64,000 bases of DNA, taken from Candidatus Babelota bacterium. Lineage in GTDB: Bacteria; Babelota; Babeliae; Babelales; JABDEC01. The translations under genes were made by a program, and so were the position numbers. Where the stretch lies: contig JABDEC010000001.1 of the NCBI GenBank assembly GCA_013287265.1, positions 74,981 to 138,980 on the forward strand. Reading direction: 5' to 3'. Positions 8,862-18,363 of this stretch are shown here, piece after piece; the stretch's first letter is position 1, and the number at the start of each line of letters is the position of its first letter. Under the pieces are notes generated by a model. It worked only from the letters and a program-made list of their open reading frames with translations, made no database searches and was not told the DNA's origin.

Positions 8862-10100
8862 TTAATTTAAATTTTTTAATTCATCAATTTTAATTAATTT
8901 GGTTTCTGCTGATTTTCTTTCTTTAATTTCAACAGAATTTTGAGCTAAAGTTTTTGTACTTACAACAATGCGATAAGGAATTCCTAATAAATCAGAATCT
9001 GCAAACTTTTCACCTGCATGAACTCCAATTCTGTCATCAAAAAGAACTTCTAAGCCTGAATTTTGAAATTGATGATAAATTGTTTCAACTTTTTCAATTT
9101 CATCTTTTTCTTTTGCCAATGAAATTAAATGATATTTATAAGGCGCAATATTTTCTGGCCAGATAATTCCTTTTTCATCATGCAAAATTTCTACAATTGC
9201 TCCCATTAATCTTGAAGTTCCAAGGCCATAACAACCCATCAAAATCGGATTTTGCTGTCCTGATGCATCTGTAAAAGTTAAATTAAATGCATCTGTAAAT
9301 CTTGTTTTTAATTTAAAAATATTTCCAACTTCAATAGACTTATTTTGCACCAAATTTTTATTTCCACATTTAAGACAAGAATTTTGCTCTTCAATAATTT
9401 CTTTATTGATGGCAATCTTGCAATTTTCGCACAAAAAAATTATATCTTCACCAAATGGTGTTATTGTCTGAAATTCATGTGAATATTTACTAAAAATTCC
9501 ACCTGATGCAAAAGTCAGGTATGTAATTTCTCCCAATCCACAACGATTGAAAATTCTTAAATAAGCATTAGTCATTTTTTCATAATATTGATCTAAATCA
9601 TCTTCTTGAGCATGGAATGAATATAAATCTTTCATCCTAAATTCACGACAACGTAAAAGACCCGATTTTGCACGTGGCTCATTTCTGAATTTGGTCTGAA
9701 TCTGGTAAACATGTTTTGGCAAATCTTTATAAGATTGAATATATTCACCAACCAAAGGTGTAACTACTTCTTCATGAGTAGGACCTAAAGCCAAATCCCT
9801 GTCACCTTCTCCTTTTAATTTAAAGAGGACATCAACTTTATCCCATCTTTCTGTTTTTAGCCAGATATCTTTGGGCTGTAAAGCTGGCATAAGTAATTCT
9901 TGCCCATTTTCACTGTTCATTTCTTCTCTGACTATATTTTCTATCTTAGTAAGAACTCTTAAGCCTAAGGGTAAATAGCTATAAACTCCAGCCATAAGCT
10001 TAGAGATATAACCACCTTTTTCTAAAAGCTGAGCATTTATACTTGCCTCCTGTTGAGAGGTATTTTTTCTTGTTTTGGTCAAAAGAGCTGATTGTTTCAT
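8862..10100 (-). CDS. proS: Prolyl-tRNA synthetase, short form without the INS editing domain
   Basis: Collinear with bacterial ProRS (LGPTHEE, YQIQTKFRNE.R, REF.MKD.YSFH, MGCYG.G). The INS position is occupied by CENC-x14-CLKC. Confidence 0.9.
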   Translation of the reverse strand: MKQSALLTKTRKNTSQQEASINAQLLEKGGYISKLMAGVYSYLPLGLRVLTKIENIVREEMNSENGQELLMPALQPKDIWLKTERWDKVDVLFKLKGEGDRDLALGPTHEEVVTPLVGEYIQSYKDLPKHVYQIQTKFRNEPRAKSGLLRCREFRMKDLYSFHAQEDDLDQYYEKMTNAYLRIFNRCGLGEITYLTFASGGIFSKYSHEFQTITPFGEDIIFLCENCKIAINKEIIEEQNSCLKCGNKNLVQNKSIEVGNIFKLKTRFTDAFNLTFTDASGQQNPILMGCYGLGTSRLMGAIVEILHDEKGIIWPENIAPYKYHLISLAKEKDEIEKVETIYHQFQNSGLEVLFDDRIGVHAGEKFADSDLLGIPYRIVVSTKTLAQNSVEIKERKSAETKLIKIDELKNLN

Positions 10101-10223
10101 TTTTTACCCTTAAATACGAATAATAAAGGCTATTATAGCTAAGATTCTCTGTACAGTCACTTAATTAATTCTAATTAATGAATTCAATGTTTTCTAGGTG
10201 TAAATTTACATAAACACAATTTA

Positions 10224-10251
10224 TTGACATATTTTCTATCTGATATAAAAT
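10224..10251 (+). promoter_or_regulatory. Sigma70-like promoter
   Basis: TTGACA (10224-10229), then a TG-extended TATAAA/TAAAAT at 10241-10251. An AGGGGG RBS precedes ATG 10276. Confidence 0.4.
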
Positions 10252-10275
10252 TAGAATAAATAGGGGGTTAAAATC

Positions 10276-11259
10276 ATGAAATCTCAATCAATTTTTAAAG
10301 TTATAAATATCATTTTAGGGCTCTCTTTTATAAGCAATTCAAATGCATATATTTTCACTAAACATGAATTTGAAGGAAATAATAAAATTTATGGTTGGGG
10401 AGATGTGCATTTTGGAGATGCAATTAATAAACATCCAAAATTAAATTACAAACAAATAAAAGAAATAAACAAGCAACAAGCAGATCATTTGATAAATTTT
10501 TTGAAAAATTGTGATAGCAATTGCTGTGTTTTAGTCGAAGATATAACTGATATTGAAAACTCAGGCTTTGAGAAAGAATTTGTAAAAATAAATGATGAAA
10601 ATTCAGATAATGACACTTTTACAAGTTTTTTAACAGATATAAATGAATTATGCAAACAAAATAATATAAAAATTATTAACGTCGAATGTAGATATGCCGG
10701 AACATTATATTTTGATTCGTTATTTATAAAAACTGAAAAATTTTTAAAAGCTTTATATGAAACAATAAATGAAATAAAAAATTATAATGACAATCCATTA
10801 TTAAATAATTATTACAAAAAATTAATTCAAGAAGTTTTAAATAACAAAAAATTTATTTCAATTTTAGAACAAAATAAAGATAAATATTATGATGAATTAA
10901 AAGAATTAATAAATGAAAAAATGCACGAAAACTTTTTCTTTGATTATTGTGAATTAGTTGATGCAAAAATTATGCATGCAATTCACCAAAACAAAGATAA
11001 AAATGTACATATTTGCGTTGGTAATATGCATATTAAAAACATTGAAAATATAATCAAAAAATTGAATTATAAAAAAATCAATCCTAATGAAAAAGAAAAA
11101 AGAGAAAATCCATTAGAATTAGAAAAATATTTAAAATATGATGTTAAAAAATTAAGTTATAATTCAAATTACTTAATATTAATTTTATTAATAGTATTAA
11201 TGCCAGTTGCATTCAGGTATTTAAATAGAAGATTTAATACAAGAAAAATTAAAAGTTAA
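10276..11259 (+). CDS. Hypothetical secreted protein with C-terminal TM anchor
   Basis: Signal peptide and a C-terminal hydrophobic helix (YLILILLIVLMPVAF). Lys/Asn-rich. Confidence 0.5.
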   Translation: MKSQSIFKVINIILGLSFISNSNAYIFTKHEFEGNNKIYGWGDVHFGDAINKHPKLNYKQIKEINKQQADHLINFLKNCDSNCCVLVEDITDIENSGFEKEFVKINDENSDNDTFTSFLTDINELCKQNNIKIINVECRYAGTLYFDSLFIKTEKFLKALYETINEIKNYNDNPLLNNYYKKLIQEVLNNKKFISILEQNKDKYYDELKELINEKMHENFFFDYCELVDAKIMHAIHQNKDKNVHICVGNMHIKNIENIIKKLNYKKINPNEKEKRENPLELEKYLKYDVKKLSYNSNYLILILLIVLMPVAFRYLNRRFNTRKIKS

Positions 11260-11283
11260 ACATATTTTTAAATTGACTGAAAA

Positions 11284-11326
11284 AATAATTCCTTCATTTT
11301 TATAAAGTGAAGGAATTATTTTTTTT
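11284..11326 (+). terminator. Rho-independent terminator (bidirectional shape)
   Basis: 13-bp stem aataattccttca/tgaaggaattatt with an 11-nt loop, followed by T6 and preceded by an A-run. Confidence 0.7.
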
Positions 11327-11342
11327 AAAAAAGGAATAAAAA

Positions 11343-11975
11343 ATGTGTTTTTCAGCTAAAGCTAGTTTTTTAACAAGTGGAATGTTAGCAGTAATGGGAA
11401 TTGTAACTTTAGAAAAAATTAAAGAAAAAAAACAAATCTTATTTGCATCAATCCCATTAATATTTTCTGCCCAGCAATTTATTGAAGGAATTTTGTGGTT
11501 ATCTTTAACAGGAAAAGCAAATCCGGAATTAATAAAGTTATGTGCATGGGGCTTTCTTTCAATTGCCTTTCTTTTATGGCCAATATGGATTCCAATATCA
11601 CTAATTTTTTTAGAAAAAAAACTTAATAGAAAAAAGATATTATTTTCGACATTATTTATGGGAATTTTTGTAGCAATTCATAATGCATATTTAATGCTTC
11701 AATACGGTGTATCAGCTCAATTGACTGAAAACCATATTTTATATAATGTTTTTTATCCATCGCCAAGATTTCTTTATACGGCTTTGTATGTTTTTGCAAC
11801 TGTCTTACCATTTTTTATATCAAGTGTTCCTTTAATGTGGTTTTTTGGTTTGGTTGGCTTTATTTCGCTAATAATAACCATGTTCTTCTATCTGAATTAC
11901 TTGATTTCAGTATGGTGCTTTTTTGCAGCATTTTTAAGCGTTTTAATCTATTTGATTATTGTAAAGAGAAAGTAA
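11343..11975 (+). CDS. Polytopic integral membrane protein
   Basis: About 6 hydrophobic helices. No catalytic motif recognised. Confidence 0.55.
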   Translation: MCFSAKASFLTSGMLAVMGIVTLEKIKEKKQILFASIPLIFSAQQFIEGILWLSLTGKANPELIKLCAWGFLSIAFLLWPIWIPISLIFLEKKLNRKKILFSTLFMGIFVAIHNAYLMLQYGVSAQLTENHILYNVFYPSPRFLYTALYVFATVLPFFISSVPLMWFFGLVGFISLIITMFFYLNYLISVWCFFAAFLSVLIYLIIVKRK

Positions 11976-12004
11976 TGCTATGTTGCAGGTAGTAAATTTT
12001 TCCC

Positions 12005-12032
12005 TTGACATATCTATTATTTAATTTATAAT
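12005..12032 (+). promoter_or_regulatory. Sigma70-like promoter
   Basis: TTGACA (12005-12010), a 16-nt spacer, then TATAAT (12027-12032). A GGAG RBS lies at 12052-12055. Confidence 0.5.
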
Positions 12033-12059
12033 AGAATATATATATTTGAATGGAGTGTT

Positions 12060-12620
12060 ATGAAAAATTTTAAGAAAAATATTATCTTTTTATTAATTAC
12101 TCTCTTTGGCATTCAAAATTTTCAACCAATTTTAGGAATGGACATCAAAGGGAAAATTGTAGAATCAAGTGTCAAAGTTTTAAATAGCAATAAGACAATA
12201 TTAATTTTATCACCAGTATATTTGTTATATTTATATCAAATATTTAACGAGGCAGCTCGCTTTGCTCATGGATTTAAAAGTCTAACTTTTGATGAATACT
12301 TTGCTAAATTTAAAAAAACTTATTTTGAACAACAAGTTCTAATTAAAAAATTAAATCTTCCAGATGAGTTAATTGAAAAAATTAGCAATAATTTAAAATT
12401 AAATAAAAAAGTTGCTGAAGCGATAGCATGGAAATCTTATCAAAAATCAAACAATATTTTTGGTCAAACTCTAATAGGACAAATTTTTGATAAAATAGAT
12501 CACACAATTTATCACATCAGTCATCGCATTTCTCCTGGGTCTATGGAACTGCTCGATCGAATTATATTGTTGCCGATTATTTTTCGCTTAGTGAAATTTT
12601 ATCATGATAAAAAATTTTAA
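12060..12620 (+). CDS. Hypothetical secreted/membrane protein (paralogue pair, member 1)
   Basis: N-terminus MKNFKKNIIFLLITLFGIQNF resembles that of the next gene. Confidence 0.5.
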   Translation: MKNFKKNIIFLLITLFGIQNFQPILGMDIKGKIVESSVKVLNSNKTILILSPVYLLYLYQIFNEAARFAHGFKSLTFDEYFAKFKKTYFEQQVLIKKLNLPDELIEKISNNLKLNKKVAEAIAWKSYQKSNNIFGQTLIGQIFDKIDHTIYHISHRISPGSMELLDRIILLPIIFRLVKFYHDKKF

Positions 12621-13365
12621 AAGAAATCTTATCCTTTTCTTAGTTTCTTTTATTGCAACTCAAAACCTGAGGGCTATGACACTTACAGATAATCTTACAA
12701 ATAATGCTGCTAATTATTTAAAAAAAGCTGTACAAGTTGTTAATCAAAATGCCTCAATCTTGAGTCAAAAAATGGAAAAAGGATTTGATAAATTCATTCA
12801 TCCAGTTTTAATGAGTAACAAAACTCTTTTAATTGGCTCAATACCTTTGATTATTGTAACATTAGGTCTGACTTTACAGCTAATCTATTTATTAAAAAAA
12901 AGAATAGAAAGAGAAAAAATTAAAGCCAAGATAAATGAAACGCTAATTAATGAAAAAAATTGTCTATTTTTATTAGCAAAGCAACAGTATGTTCCTGATG
13001 ATATAATAGATTCAGTTCAAAATTCTTTACATGGTACAGTTCCTTCTTTACATAAATCCGCGCTTATTGAAATATTAAGAAAAGATAAAATAATGGAAGA
13101 ACAAATGTCTATTTTTGAAAAAAAATATAAAAATTTAAGATTTTTATATAAATTATTATGGAGAAATAGAGGTGGGCCACTTTATTCGGATTTAGGTAGG
13201 ATGACAAGTTTAAGTTTGGTTCTTGTTCCAACACTTATCTATAGATTTAAGCTTTATCCGATTAATCAAGAATTGAAAGAATTAAGGGAAAAATCGAAAA
13301 TAGCATCTGAAGAATTACATAAAAGCCTTATTCATCTTTGGAGCGTATTTCATTATGATACTTAA
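12604..13365 (+). CDS. Hypothetical secreted/membrane protein (paralogue pair, member 2)
   Basis: N-terminus MIKNFKRNLILFLVSFIATQNL plus an internal TM segment. Overlaps the upstream gene by 17 nt. Confidence 0.5.
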   Translation: MIKNFKRNLILFLVSFIATQNLRAMTLTDNLTNNAANYLKKAVQVVNQNASILSQKMEKGFDKFIHPVLMSNKTLLIGSIPLIIVTLGLTLQLIYLLKKRIEREKIKAKINETLINEKNCLFLLAKQQYVPDDIIDSVQNSLHGTVPSLHKSALIEILRKDKIMEEQMSIFEKKYKNLRFLYKLLWRNRGGPLYSDLGRMTSLSLVLVPTLIYRFKLYPINQELKELREKSKIASEELHKSLIHLWSVFHYDT

Positions 13366-13380
13366 TTGGAATAAAATTTT

Positions 13381-13971
13381 TTAATAAACATCAGATTCAT
13401 CATTAATAATTGGTTCTAAAACATTTTCATTAGAATTTGCTTTTATTTTATCACCAATTTTTACCGCAAGTGGACCAAATTTTGATAAAAGCAAATTTTT
13501 ATCATTTGCCATATTTTCAATATCAGAATTTTCATCAAAAATAATATCTGTACCAATAATTTTGCCATTTTCAAGTATTGTACCTTCAGCCGGAACGATA
13601 AAATTACCATTTTTTGTTTTGATTATTTCATAAACTTTTTTGTTAATTGTCGGATTTTCCTGAACATATGGACCTTTCCATTTTTCAGGATGCAATAAGT
13701 TCATTGACCCGATTTTTGATCCGGCAAATTTTTCAACATTTAAAAAATCAATTCTATTTTTTAAATAATCAAAATGTGAAATTCCTGCATTATTATTAAT
13801 GTCTTGAAAAATTATATTTAATTTTTTTATCTCATCAGCTATGATCTGATCCTTGTAACTTGGCATGTATTTATACACAAGCCAGATTGTTAACATAAAA
13901 AGAAATGCAAATGTGAAAGCTGTTGAAACTGAAAAGATTTCACTAAATTTTTTTGTATTTTTTTTCTTCAT
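13381..13971 (-). CDS. Hypothetical N-terminally anchored protein
   Basis: Basic N-terminus followed by one TM segment (AFTFAFLFMLTIWLVY). Confidence 0.5.
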   Translation of the reverse strand: MKKKNTKKFSEIFSVSTAFTFAFLFMLTIWLVYKYMPSYKDQIIADEIKKLNIIFQDINNNAGISHFDYLKNRIDFLNVEKFAGSKIGSMNLLHPEKWKGPYVQENPTINKKVYEIIKTKNGNFIVPAEGTILENGKIIGTDIIFDENSDIENMANDKNLLLSKFGPLAVKIGDKIKANSNENVLEPIINDESDVY

Positions 13972-14039
13972 AAATTTCCTTTTTTTTAATTCATCAATTC
14001 ATCCCGAATGTTTTTGCGAAAGCAAAAAATATCGAAAGA

Positions 14040-15041
14040 TTAATAATATTTTAAAAGCATAACATTTTTTACTTCAGATAAAGTTTGTTCTGCAACTTTT
14101 AAAGTTTTTTCCGTTCCATCTTTTAAAATCTTCATCACATGATCAGGATTTTGTGCTAAAAGTTCTCTTCTTTTTCTAATTGGATCAATTAATTTTTCTA
14201 GAATTTCAAACAAATATTTTTTTAAAACAACATCGCCCAAACCACCTCGTTGATAATGCTGTTTTAATTCTTCAACTTTTTCCTTGTCATTGTCAAAAAT
14301 ATCCAAATAGGTAAAAACTACATTTCCTTCAACTTTACCAGGATCATTAACATGCAAATGATTTGGATCCGTATACATCTTCATAACTTTTTTATTAAGT
14401 TCGTCAGATGAATCTGATAAAAATATTGCATTTGATAATGATTTACTCATTTTTGCTTTTCCATCAACTCCAGTTAATCGTGAAGCTTTAGAAATTAAAG
14501 GTTTAGCTTCAGGAAAAATATTTGTTTTATAAATATTATTGAAAGTGCGGATAATTTCATTAGTTTGTTCGATTACAGGAAGTTGATCATCTCCAACAGG
14601 AATCAATGTTCCTTTAACAATTGTAATATCTGCCGCCTGACTTATTGGATAAGCTAGAAAACCAATCGGAACTTGTTCACCAAATCCTCTTTGTTGAATT
14701 TCTGTTTTAACGGTCGGATTTCTTTTTAATCTGTTTAGTGTGACTAAATTCATATAGAAAATAGTCAATTCGGCAATTTGGGGAATCAGCGATTGTATAA
14801 AAATTGTAGATTTTTCAGGGTCAATACCAACAGCAAGATAATCCAAAGCGACTTGTAAAACATTCTCACTTACTTTTTCAGGATGTTGATAATTATCAGT
14901 CAGCGCTTGAACATCGGCAATTAAAATATATTGTTTATATTGATTCTGTAACGTTACACGATTAATTAACGAACCAACATAATGTCCAAGATGCAGAGGT
15001 CCGGTGGGACGATCGCCAGTTAAAACAATTTCTTTATTCAT
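14040..15041 (-). CDS. trpS: Tryptophanyl-tRNA synthetase
   Basis: Class I HIGH (GPLHLGHY) and KMSKS motifs. At 333 aa it is TrpRS-sized and collinear. Confidence 0.9.
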   Translation of the reverse strand: MNKEIVLTGDRPTGPLHLGHYVGSLINRVTLQNQYKQYILIADVQALTDNYQHPEKVSENVLQVALDYLAVGIDPEKSTIFIQSLIPQIAELTIFYMNLVTLNRLKRNPTVKTEIQQRGFGEQVPIGFLAYPISQAADITIVKGTLIPVGDDQLPVIEQTNEIIRTFNNIYKTNIFPEAKPLISKASRLTGVDGKAKMSKSLSNAIFLSDSSDELNKKVMKMYTDPNHLHVNDPGKVEGNVVFTYLDIFDNDKEKVEELKQHYQRGGLGDVVLKKYLFEILEKLIDPIRKRRELLAQNPDHVMKILKDGTEKTLKVAEQTLSEVKNVMLLKYY

Positions 15042-15150
15042 ATTAAAATTTTATCAATTTTATTTTTATAACTCAAATTAAACAAAAAAGTTGTAACTAA
15101 AAATAAAAAAATAGTAACTTATTTTTATTAAATACATTGTTAAAAAAGGA

Positions 15151-15996
15151 ATGAAAATGTTAGAAAGCTTTCAATATTTATATATCATAAATTTCATTGA
15201 TGTTTTTGAAATTTTAATCTTTAGCTTCGTAATTTATTATTTTTCATTGTGGCTTAAACAAGATTCCCAAAAAAAATTATTATCTTCATTTTATTTAATT
15301 TTTTCAACAATCTTTGTAACTCAGTTCTTTCAAATGAATGTCCTACATAATTTCTTAATTTATTTTTTTCCTGCAATTATAATGCTTTTTATTTTAGTGC
15401 ATCAAAAAGTTTTGCAAAAAAATTTTATAAGTTTATTAAAAATTACACCTGAAAAACAAAGCCTTACTGATTGGTTAGAAATTTTAATGAGATCATCTTT
15501 AATTGCAATGAACAACAAAAAACAAATTATTGGTGTGATTGAAGGAAAAGATTCACTTTCAACTTTTCTTACTTCTTCATTTACCATGAACACACCAATT
15601 AATAAAGATGTTCTTGAAGTTATTTTTAATAGTCCTTCGTACGATCAGAATAAAATGATTTGGATTTCTCAAAATGGTTTTTTGAACGCAATTAATAGTG
15701 ATTGGAATATTAAAAATCATGATTTGTGGATTTCAAAAGAAATCCAAGGTTTCGAAAATTGGAAACAAGATGCCATTTTATTAACATCAAAAATTGATGC
15801 TTTAATATTTAAAACAAATCCTACAAAACAGAACTTCGACATAATAATATTTGGTAAAATAATTGATAACGTTTTACCAAATAATGCAGTCCAAATAATT
15901 CAACAATTTGTAAGAAAAAATAATTTAGATTTAAAGAAAGGGAGTAATGAAATTAATTTTAAAACAACATCCACATCTAATCAACCACTCGCTTAA
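15151..15996 (+). CDS. CdaA-like membrane protein with a degenerate diadenylate-cyclase (DisA_N) domain
   Basis: Three N-terminal TM helices and a DAC-like domain, in the conserved cdaA-cdaR-glmM gene order. The expected HDGA reads YDQN (aa 164-167) and the expected RHR reads NWK (aa 203-205). Confidence 0.6.
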   Translation: MKMLESFQYLYIINFIDVFEILIFSFVIYYFSLWLKQDSQKKLLSSFYLIFSTIFVTQFFQMNVLHNFLIYFFPAIIMLFILVHQKVLQKNFISLLKITPEKQSLTDWLEILMRSSLIAMNNKKQIIGVIEGKDSLSTFLTSSFTMNTPINKDVLEVIFNSPSYDQNKMIWISQNGFLNAINSDWNIKNHDLWISKEIQGFENWKQDAILLTSKIDALIFKTNPTKQNFDIIIFGKIIDNVLPNNAVQIIQQFVRKNNLDLKKGSNEINFKTTSTSNQPLA

Positions 15997-16336
15997 AGTT
16001 GTTTCTCTGATTTTTGGATATTTATTTTGGGCAATTTTAGCGCAAAATCAAAATGCTCAAATTAACATAAATATTCCAATTTATTTTTATGGATTAAAAA
16101 ATAATTTAGAAATTGAAAGCCAGGAAAATCTTAAAGTAAAAATTGAAGGACGAAGATCAGATTTATGCAAATTAGATTTAAAACAATTAGCAGCTCATTT
16201 TGATATTTCTCATATTGATAATGTTGGGGAGTATAAAATTGACGTGCAAAAAGCTGATCTATTTTTACATAAAAAATTTAAATTGATAGAATATTCCCCA
16301 CAAATAATTACAATACAAATCAAAGAAAAAAAATGA
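15947..16336 (+). CDS. Single-domain YbbR/CdaR-like protein
   Basis: N-terminal TM segment plus one YbbR-like beta-rich module. Sits between the cdaA-like gene and glmM, overlapping both. Confidence 0.5.
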   Translation: MKLILKQHPHLINHSLKVVSLIFGYLFWAILAQNQNAQININIPIYFYGLKNNLEIESQENLKVKIEGRRSDLCKLDLKQLAAHFDISHIDNVGEYKIDVQKADLFLHKKFKLIEYSPQIITIQIKEKK

Positions 16337-17646
16337 CAAATTTATTTGGAACAGATGGCATTCGGTCAAAAGTCGGTAGTTTTCCCCTAACTTTTAATGA
16401 TTTAACAAATCTGGGAAAAGCTATAAGTTTATGGTCATTGGCCAAAGTTAAAGAGCCAAAAATCTTAATTGCAACAGATACAAGAATTTCCGCAGATGTT
16501 TTAAAAAATTCATTAAAGAGCGGATTATTGCAATACAAAATTAATTTATTTGATGCACAAATTTTGCCAACTCCGATAATTTATCAATTGGTGCAGAAAC
16601 AAAAATTATTTGATTTTGGTCTAATGTTAACTGCATCACACAACCCATTTCATGACAATGGCGTGAAAATTATTTCAAAAAATAATGTAAAAATTTCAGA
16701 GGCTGATGAAGTTCTAATTTCTGAATATTTTATAAATCAAAAATTTAAAGATATTGATTATGAAAATCTTGGAAAAGAATATTTTTATTTTGATTCAGAA
16801 AAAAATTACTTAAATGATATTCAAAAATATTTTGAGGACGAATTTTTAAAAAATAAAAAAATAATTTTAGATTGCGCAAATGGTGCAACATCGACAATTG
16901 CGATAAATATTTTTAAAAATTTTGGTGCAAACATAATTACCATAAATAATCAACCAAATGGTAAAAATATTAATTCAGACTGCGGATCTACAAAACCTAA
17001 AGCCTTACAAGAAAAAGTAATTAGTGAAAAAGCTGATTTTGGATTTGCATTTGATGGCGATGGGGATCGGATTGCAATAGTAACTAAAGATGGAAACATA
17101 AAAGACGGCGATGAAATTTTAGCATTTTTATCAGAAAGCCCAAAATATAAAAATCAGGATATTGTTGGAACAATTATGTCTAACTTGGGTTTAGAATTAT
17201 TTATGCAAAGAAAAAGTCAAAAAATGTGGCGTACTCAAGTTGGTGACAAATATGTTGTTCAAAAATTAATTGATGAAAAATTATTACTGGGGGGAGAACA
17301 ATCAGGACATATAATTATGCTTGATTATCTAAATTCAAGCGATGGAATTTTTACAGCTTTATCAGTTGCTCAAGAAGCTTTACGAACAAATAATTTAAAT
17401 ATGGACAGCTTCATTAAATTTCCACAATTAATTATGAATCTTCAAGTTGAAAAAAAGAAAAATCTAAAAGAAGAGCCGTTTGCAAGTATCATTAAAAATT
17501 CAGAAAAGAAAATTCAGCCAGGCCGGTTAGTGGTTAGATATTCAGGAACAGAATCATTATTGCGAATAATGGTGGAATCTGAAAATACAGAAAAAGCTAA
17601 TGAAATGACTTATGAACTTTTACATCAATTGAAACAGTTATTGTAA
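16333..17646 (+). CDS. glmM: Phosphoglucosamine mutase
   Basis: Motifs LFGTDGIR, TASHNP (active-site Ser), FDGDGDR and GGEQSGH. Confidence 0.9.
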   Translation: MTNLFGTDGIRSKVGSFPLTFNDLTNLGKAISLWSLAKVKEPKILIATDTRISADVLKNSLKSGLLQYKINLFDAQILPTPIIYQLVQKQKLFDFGLMLTASHNPFHDNGVKIISKNNVKISEADEVLISEYFINQKFKDIDYENLGKEYFYFDSEKNYLNDIQKYFEDEFLKNKKIILDCANGATSTIAINIFKNFGANIITINNQPNGKNINSDCGSTKPKALQEKVISEKADFGFAFDGDGDRIAIVTKDGNIKDGDEILAFLSESPKYKNQDIVGTIMSNLGLELFMQRKSQKMWRTQVGDKYVVQKLIDEKLLLGGEQSGHIIMLDYLNSSDGIFTALSVAQEALRTNNLNMDSFIKFPQLIMNLQVEKKKNLKEEPFASIIKNSEKKIQPGRLVVRYSGTESLLRIMVESENTEKANEMTYELLHQLKQLL

Positions 17647-17717
17647 GCATTTTTTTATCTCAAAATTGGGGATATTTTATCAAAAATCAGGTTTAAATTG
17701 ATAAATTAGCCAGAATA

Positions 17718-17747
17718 TTGACTTTTATTTATTGGATTTATTACAAT
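17718..17747 (+). promoter_or_regulatory. Sigma70-like promoter
   Basis: TTGACT, an 18-nt spacer, then TACAAT. The -10 region and leader (TACAATTAGAATTGAGAATAGTAG) resemble those upstream of 18364. Confidence 0.45.
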
Positions 17748-17789
17748 TAGAATTGAGAATAGTAGTTTTATAAAAACGGAGGTAAAATA

Positions 17790-18143
17790 ATGAAAAATCT
17801 ACTTAAATACGGTGTCTTTAGTTTAATTTTAATGTCTGTAGTTAATTCTTTTGCAGTTGAAATTGGAGTGAATTGGCTCAATGGTTCACTTAAACCAATA
17901 AATATCGAGTCGATAAAAACAACAATTCAGCAAGTAAAAGAAGCAATAAAAGAAACTTCAGGAATTCCAGAAAATAACAATTTCTTATTATTAATACCCG
18001 TAGCCGGAAGCAAATTTGAAACAATATATGCTGGTCATAAAAATAATTCAAAAACTCTAGAAGAACTTGGCGTTACTGAAGATAATCTTAAAAACCAAGA
18101 TTTTATGTTTCATGTAGTTCTCAGATTACTTGAAAAAGAATAA
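17790..18143 (+). CDS. Secreted ubiquitin-like (beta-grasp) protein
   Basis: Signal peptide MKNLLKYGVFSLILMSVVNSFA. The mature part aligns by eye with ubiquitin: I.V..L.G...I.IE...TI..VK..I....GIP...L, KTLEELGV and FHVVLRL. There is no C-terminal GG. Confidence 0.55.
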   Translation: MKNLLKYGVFSLILMSVVNSFAVEIGVNWLNGSLKPINIESIKTTIQQVKEAIKETSGIPENNNFLLLIPVAGSKFETIYAGHKNNSKTLEELGVTEDNLKNQDFMFHVVLRLLEKE

Positions 18144-18167
18144 AAGGATTTCACATAATTTAAAAAA

Positions 18168-18202
18168 GGCTGGGAAATTAAATAATTCCTGGCCCTTTTT
18201 TT
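18168..18202 (+). terminator. Rho-independent terminator
   Basis: ggctgggaa pairs with ttcctggcc (two G-U pairs), followed by c + T7. Confidence 0.55.
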
Positions 18203-18286
18203 AACCAAAAAGTTCATATTTCACGCTAATTTTAATATCATTTTAACCATATTTTTAAGGGCAAATCTTAAACTTTATGCAAACTC

Positions 18287-18316
18287 TTGATTTTTAATAT
18301 CATCTTAAATTACAAT
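18287..18316 (+). promoter_or_regulatory. Sigma70-like promoter
   Basis: TTGATT, an 18-nt spacer, then TACAAT. Appears duplicated together with the paralogous gene. Confidence 0.4.
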
Positions 18317-18363
18317 TAGTATTAGAAATAGTAAAGTAGTTTTTTAAAATAAGGAGAGAAATA

